A DNA stretch of 64,000 bases from the human T2T-CHM13v2.0 reference genome, Homo sapiens: assembly GCF_009914755.1 (NCBI RefSeq), contig NC_060926.1. The stretch is one strand, 5' to 3'. The number at the start of each line of letters is the position of its first letter. Within the stretch, counting starts at the first letter, position 1. Both the position numbers and the translations under genes were made by a program. Positions 1 through 64,000 of this stretch are shown here, piece by piece. Below the pieces are notes generated by a model that did no database searches, was not told the DNA's origin, and saw only the letters and a list, made by a program, of their open reading frames with translations.

Positions 1-446
1 GAAAGGGGTAGAGACTCTTTTCCCATTGTATTCTGCTGAAGTTATTTCCCCCAAAATAAGTTGAGAACTATAGTGTAGAGAAAAGAAACCTCAAGAACAG
101 GGCGACTGAGCACAAGAGAGAAAAAACAAAAAACAAAAAAAACAAAAAAACTGCAACTTGCTCCCAGGGACTGGAGAAAATGTAAAAAAAGGAAGGTTGG
201 AATCCATCAGTGTTTTTTTGCTGTTGTTGTTGCTGTTTTTTTTTTTTTGAGATGGAGTCTCCCTCTCTCGCCCAGGCTGGAGTGCAGTGATGCGATCTCT
301 GCTCACTGCAAGCAACCTCTGCCTCCCGGGTTCACGCCATTCTCCTGCCTCAGCCTCCATCCTCAGCGTGAGCCACCGCGCCCGGCCTCCATCAGTGTTC
401 CATTAGTCATCTCCTTCATCCTCCTCTCCTTCCTCCCCTTCATCAT
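1..446 (-). pseudogene. SET processed pseudogene fragment (last ~14 codons plus 3'UTR), interrupted by an Alu; continues left of the window
   Basis: The - strand reads GATGAAGGGGAGGAAGGAGAGGAGGATGAAGGAGATGACTAA (stop at 403-405), then GAACACTGATGGATTCCAACCTTCC...CAGTCCCTGGGAGCAAGTTGCAG...CTCTTGTGCTCAGTCGCCCTGTTCTTGAGG. This matches the acidic tail and 3'UTR of SET mRNA as recalled. Confidence 0.85.
215..387 (-). mobile_element. Alu with a large internal deletion, inserted in the SET pseudogene
   Basis: The Alu right-arm sequence jumps directly to the 5'-terminal gtgagccaccgcgcccggcc. A 12-bp TSD, tccatcagtgtt, lies at 203-214 and 388-399. Confidence 0.9.
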
Positions 447-479
447 GTTGGCTCATGTTTATTTATTAAAATTATTTTG

Positions 480-802
480 GGCCGGGCGCAGTGGGTCACG
501 CCTGTAATCCCAGCACTTGGGAGGCCGAGGCGGGTGGATCATCTGAGGTCAGCAGTTCGAGACCAGCCTGGCCAACAGGGTGAAACCCTGTCTCTACTAA
601 AAATACAAAAATTAGCCAGGCGCGGTGGCGCACGCCTGTAATCCCAGCTACTGGGGAGGCTGAGGTGGGAGAATCGCTTGAATGCGGGTCGGGGGGTTGG
701 GGGGTGGGGGGCGCGGGCGGGGGCGCGGAGGTTGCAGTGAGCCGAGATCGCGCCACTGCATTCCAGCCTGGGAGACAGAGCGAGACTCCAACTCCAAAAA
801 AA
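480..802 (+). mobile_element. AluS-type element with a G-rich insertion in the right arm
   Basis: Starts ggccgggcgcagtgg, has the central A-linker and an A-tail. G-runs at 686-723 replace the consensus cccgggag. Confidence 0.9.
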
Positions 803-1603
803 TATTTTTGGCTTTTCATTCACTTTGACTTAATATACTTAAAAATATACCCTCCAAAGAGGTATTCATTTTTGGGTGGGTTAAATGCTACCTATTCTAA
901 ACAATTTTAAACTGGTTTATATTAGTTAAAAAAAAATACTAAAAGGACAAAGTAGTCCCTGTAGACTAAGCTGCCGCTGTCCGAATAAGAAAGCTCAAGC
1001 GGCTCATAAAATTTAAAAAGTCTTCCTTTCATCATGCCTCCTGGAAGGTAGCTATCAAAATTTTAGGGTTTAGTATAAAGTCTAAGATGCTCAGAAACAT
1101 TAAGACAATTGTCCTTACTGTGCCACCGAAAGGCTAAAGGGAGTAAGCTTTTAACAAAGGTTTAAGGGAGTAAGTCCCAGAGTCCAAACTGGATTTCACC
1201 GACTGACTGTTGAAGCTTTCGGGTCTCAGCTGTTGGCCCAACGAACCTTCCCAAGACCTTGAAGACCGGCAGCCTACCCGCCACCCTGAAAGGCGGAAGT
1301 GAGGAGAGAGGCAGGACTCCCCGCTCCCCAACCCTCGGAGATGAGAGGGCGACCTCGCGACGCTCTGGGCTGCTAGGTCTCGACTCGGTATCCGGAAGTC
1401 CTCCAGCGTTCGCCTGCAGGAAGCGGAAGTAAAAGGGCGGCCGGCAGCTGGGCAATTGCTTTGCGAGGCTGGGTGTTGAGTCGAGCCGCGGGAAAGGCGC
1501 GTGTCGGCCTCTCACTGGCGCAGCCTGCACTGCCGCTGCCGCCTCGCCCCGCCCTGCCCTGGCGTTGTCTCTGGCACTGTGGCGGACTGACCACGGCCCG
1601 GGC

Positions 1604-62859
<61,256 letters not shown>

Positions 62860-63319
62860 GTAAGGAGCATTTCAGGAACAACCTTATGCTTTTTTTGACT
62901 TGTGCTTCAGAATCTTTACATTTTTCAGATTTTAATATTCTGATTATCTTCTGCAGTGTTCAGAAGATAGCCCAAGATTGTGACAAAATTTTATGTGTAA
63001 ACTCTTTGCACCTTTAGTTCATAATATGAGATTCTAAATTCACAAGAGTTTCCTCCTAAAGAAGAAAACATCTGGGCAAAACCCTGTGAACTTTGAAAAA
63101 TATTTAGTGCCATTTAAATGCCAACTAAACAGACAATAGATGATGAGAATGGACCTGGATTGTTCGCTTCTCTAGTCATAAAGCAGTTCTCTTTCTTCAT
63201 CCTCATTCTAGAGTCAGTCAGCCATAATGTCAACAAATATCTCAGTGAATTTTACTCTGAGAACTTAGGAAGGCCTTTAGCAGCTTCATCAAGATATGAT
63301 GTATATGCCATAAAACTCA

Positions 63320-63690
63320 ACCTTTTAAAGTATACAATTCAATGGTTTTTTTAATGAAAAAAACCCCACAAAGTTTGTGCAGTCATCACCACTGTCTAAT
63401 GATACATCATTATCATCACCCCCCAAAAATTCCCCAGAATTCCATGTACCTATTAGTAGTCACTCTCTGTTCCTCCCTTCCCCTATCCTCTGGCAACAAC
63501 TAATCTACTTTCTGTGTCTATGGATTTGCCTATTCTAGACATTTCATATAATTGGAAGCCTTTTGTGCCTGGCTTGTTTAATTTAGCATATTGTTAAGGC
63601 TTATGCATGTTGTTGTGTATGTCAGCATTTCATTCCTTTTTATAGTCCACTTTATGGATAGTCCACATATATCTGTTCCTCAGTTGGTGG
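63320..63690 (-). mobile_element. L1M 3'-end fragment
   Basis: ctggcaacaactaatctactttctgtgtctatggatttgcctattctagacatttcatata is a typical L1MB/ME 3' end. Confidence 0.75.
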
Positions 63691-64000
63691 ACAGTTGGCA
63701 GTTTTCTGCTAGAATACCTTATAAGAGCCAAATATGTTAAGCCCAGGTGCAATTTGTTCCTTGTGCCTTCCTCGAGATTCTGAGGCCTCTTCAGCAAACA
63801 CCTGGAAATAAGATGGAACTGTCATCACTAGCCCATGAAATCTCACTGGGGAAGGAAAGATGTGTGTAATGAAGTCATAACCAGCTATTTATTGTTATAG
63901 TTGAGTATAATGAACATATCAATCTATTTATGGTTGTTAACGTAATGCACTATCTCTAATAGACTTGAAACTGAAAGTTTGTTTTAGGTAGAGGAAAAAT

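Noticed and set aside
1577-1595. CCACG in the 5'UTR as a possible ERSE or ERSE-II
   Set aside because: There is no CCAAT nine bases upstream and no ATTGG-N preceding it.

Overview
This window is primate (apparently human) genomic DNA holding the CpG-island promoter and the first 19 coding exons of UGGT1 (UDP-glucose:glycoprotein glucosyltransferase 1) on the + strand. All the introns are GT-AG, and the exons join into one open frame of 2137 nt (about 712 aa, starting MGCKGDASGACAAGALPVTG). The gene runs past the window, so the C-terminal catalytic domain is not present. The rest is dense in repeats: roughly 70 Alus by my count, plus L1, L2, MIR, MLT1, MER21, Tigger4a and MER3/33 relics and microsatellites. 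There are three - strand processed pseudogenes (a SET 3' fragment upstream of the promoter, a full-length SRM copy in intron 16, an Alu-split TMA7 copy in intron 18) and a possible 19-nt Y4 RNA relic. Almost all ORFs in the supplied track are Alu or L1 artefacts. I see no evidence of a wholly new biological system. The strongest unexplained structures are a 56-nt inverted insertion copied from an identifiable Alu 1.2 kb away, a fold-back Alu composite under one target-site duplication, and a frame-symmetric exon 2-3 cassette. That cassette carries the signal peptide and a second AUG, is flanked by inverted Alus, and is bracketed by an identical 11-mer at its outer splice sites. Gene and repeat identities come from recalled sequences, not database searches. 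Repeat boundaries are approximate.
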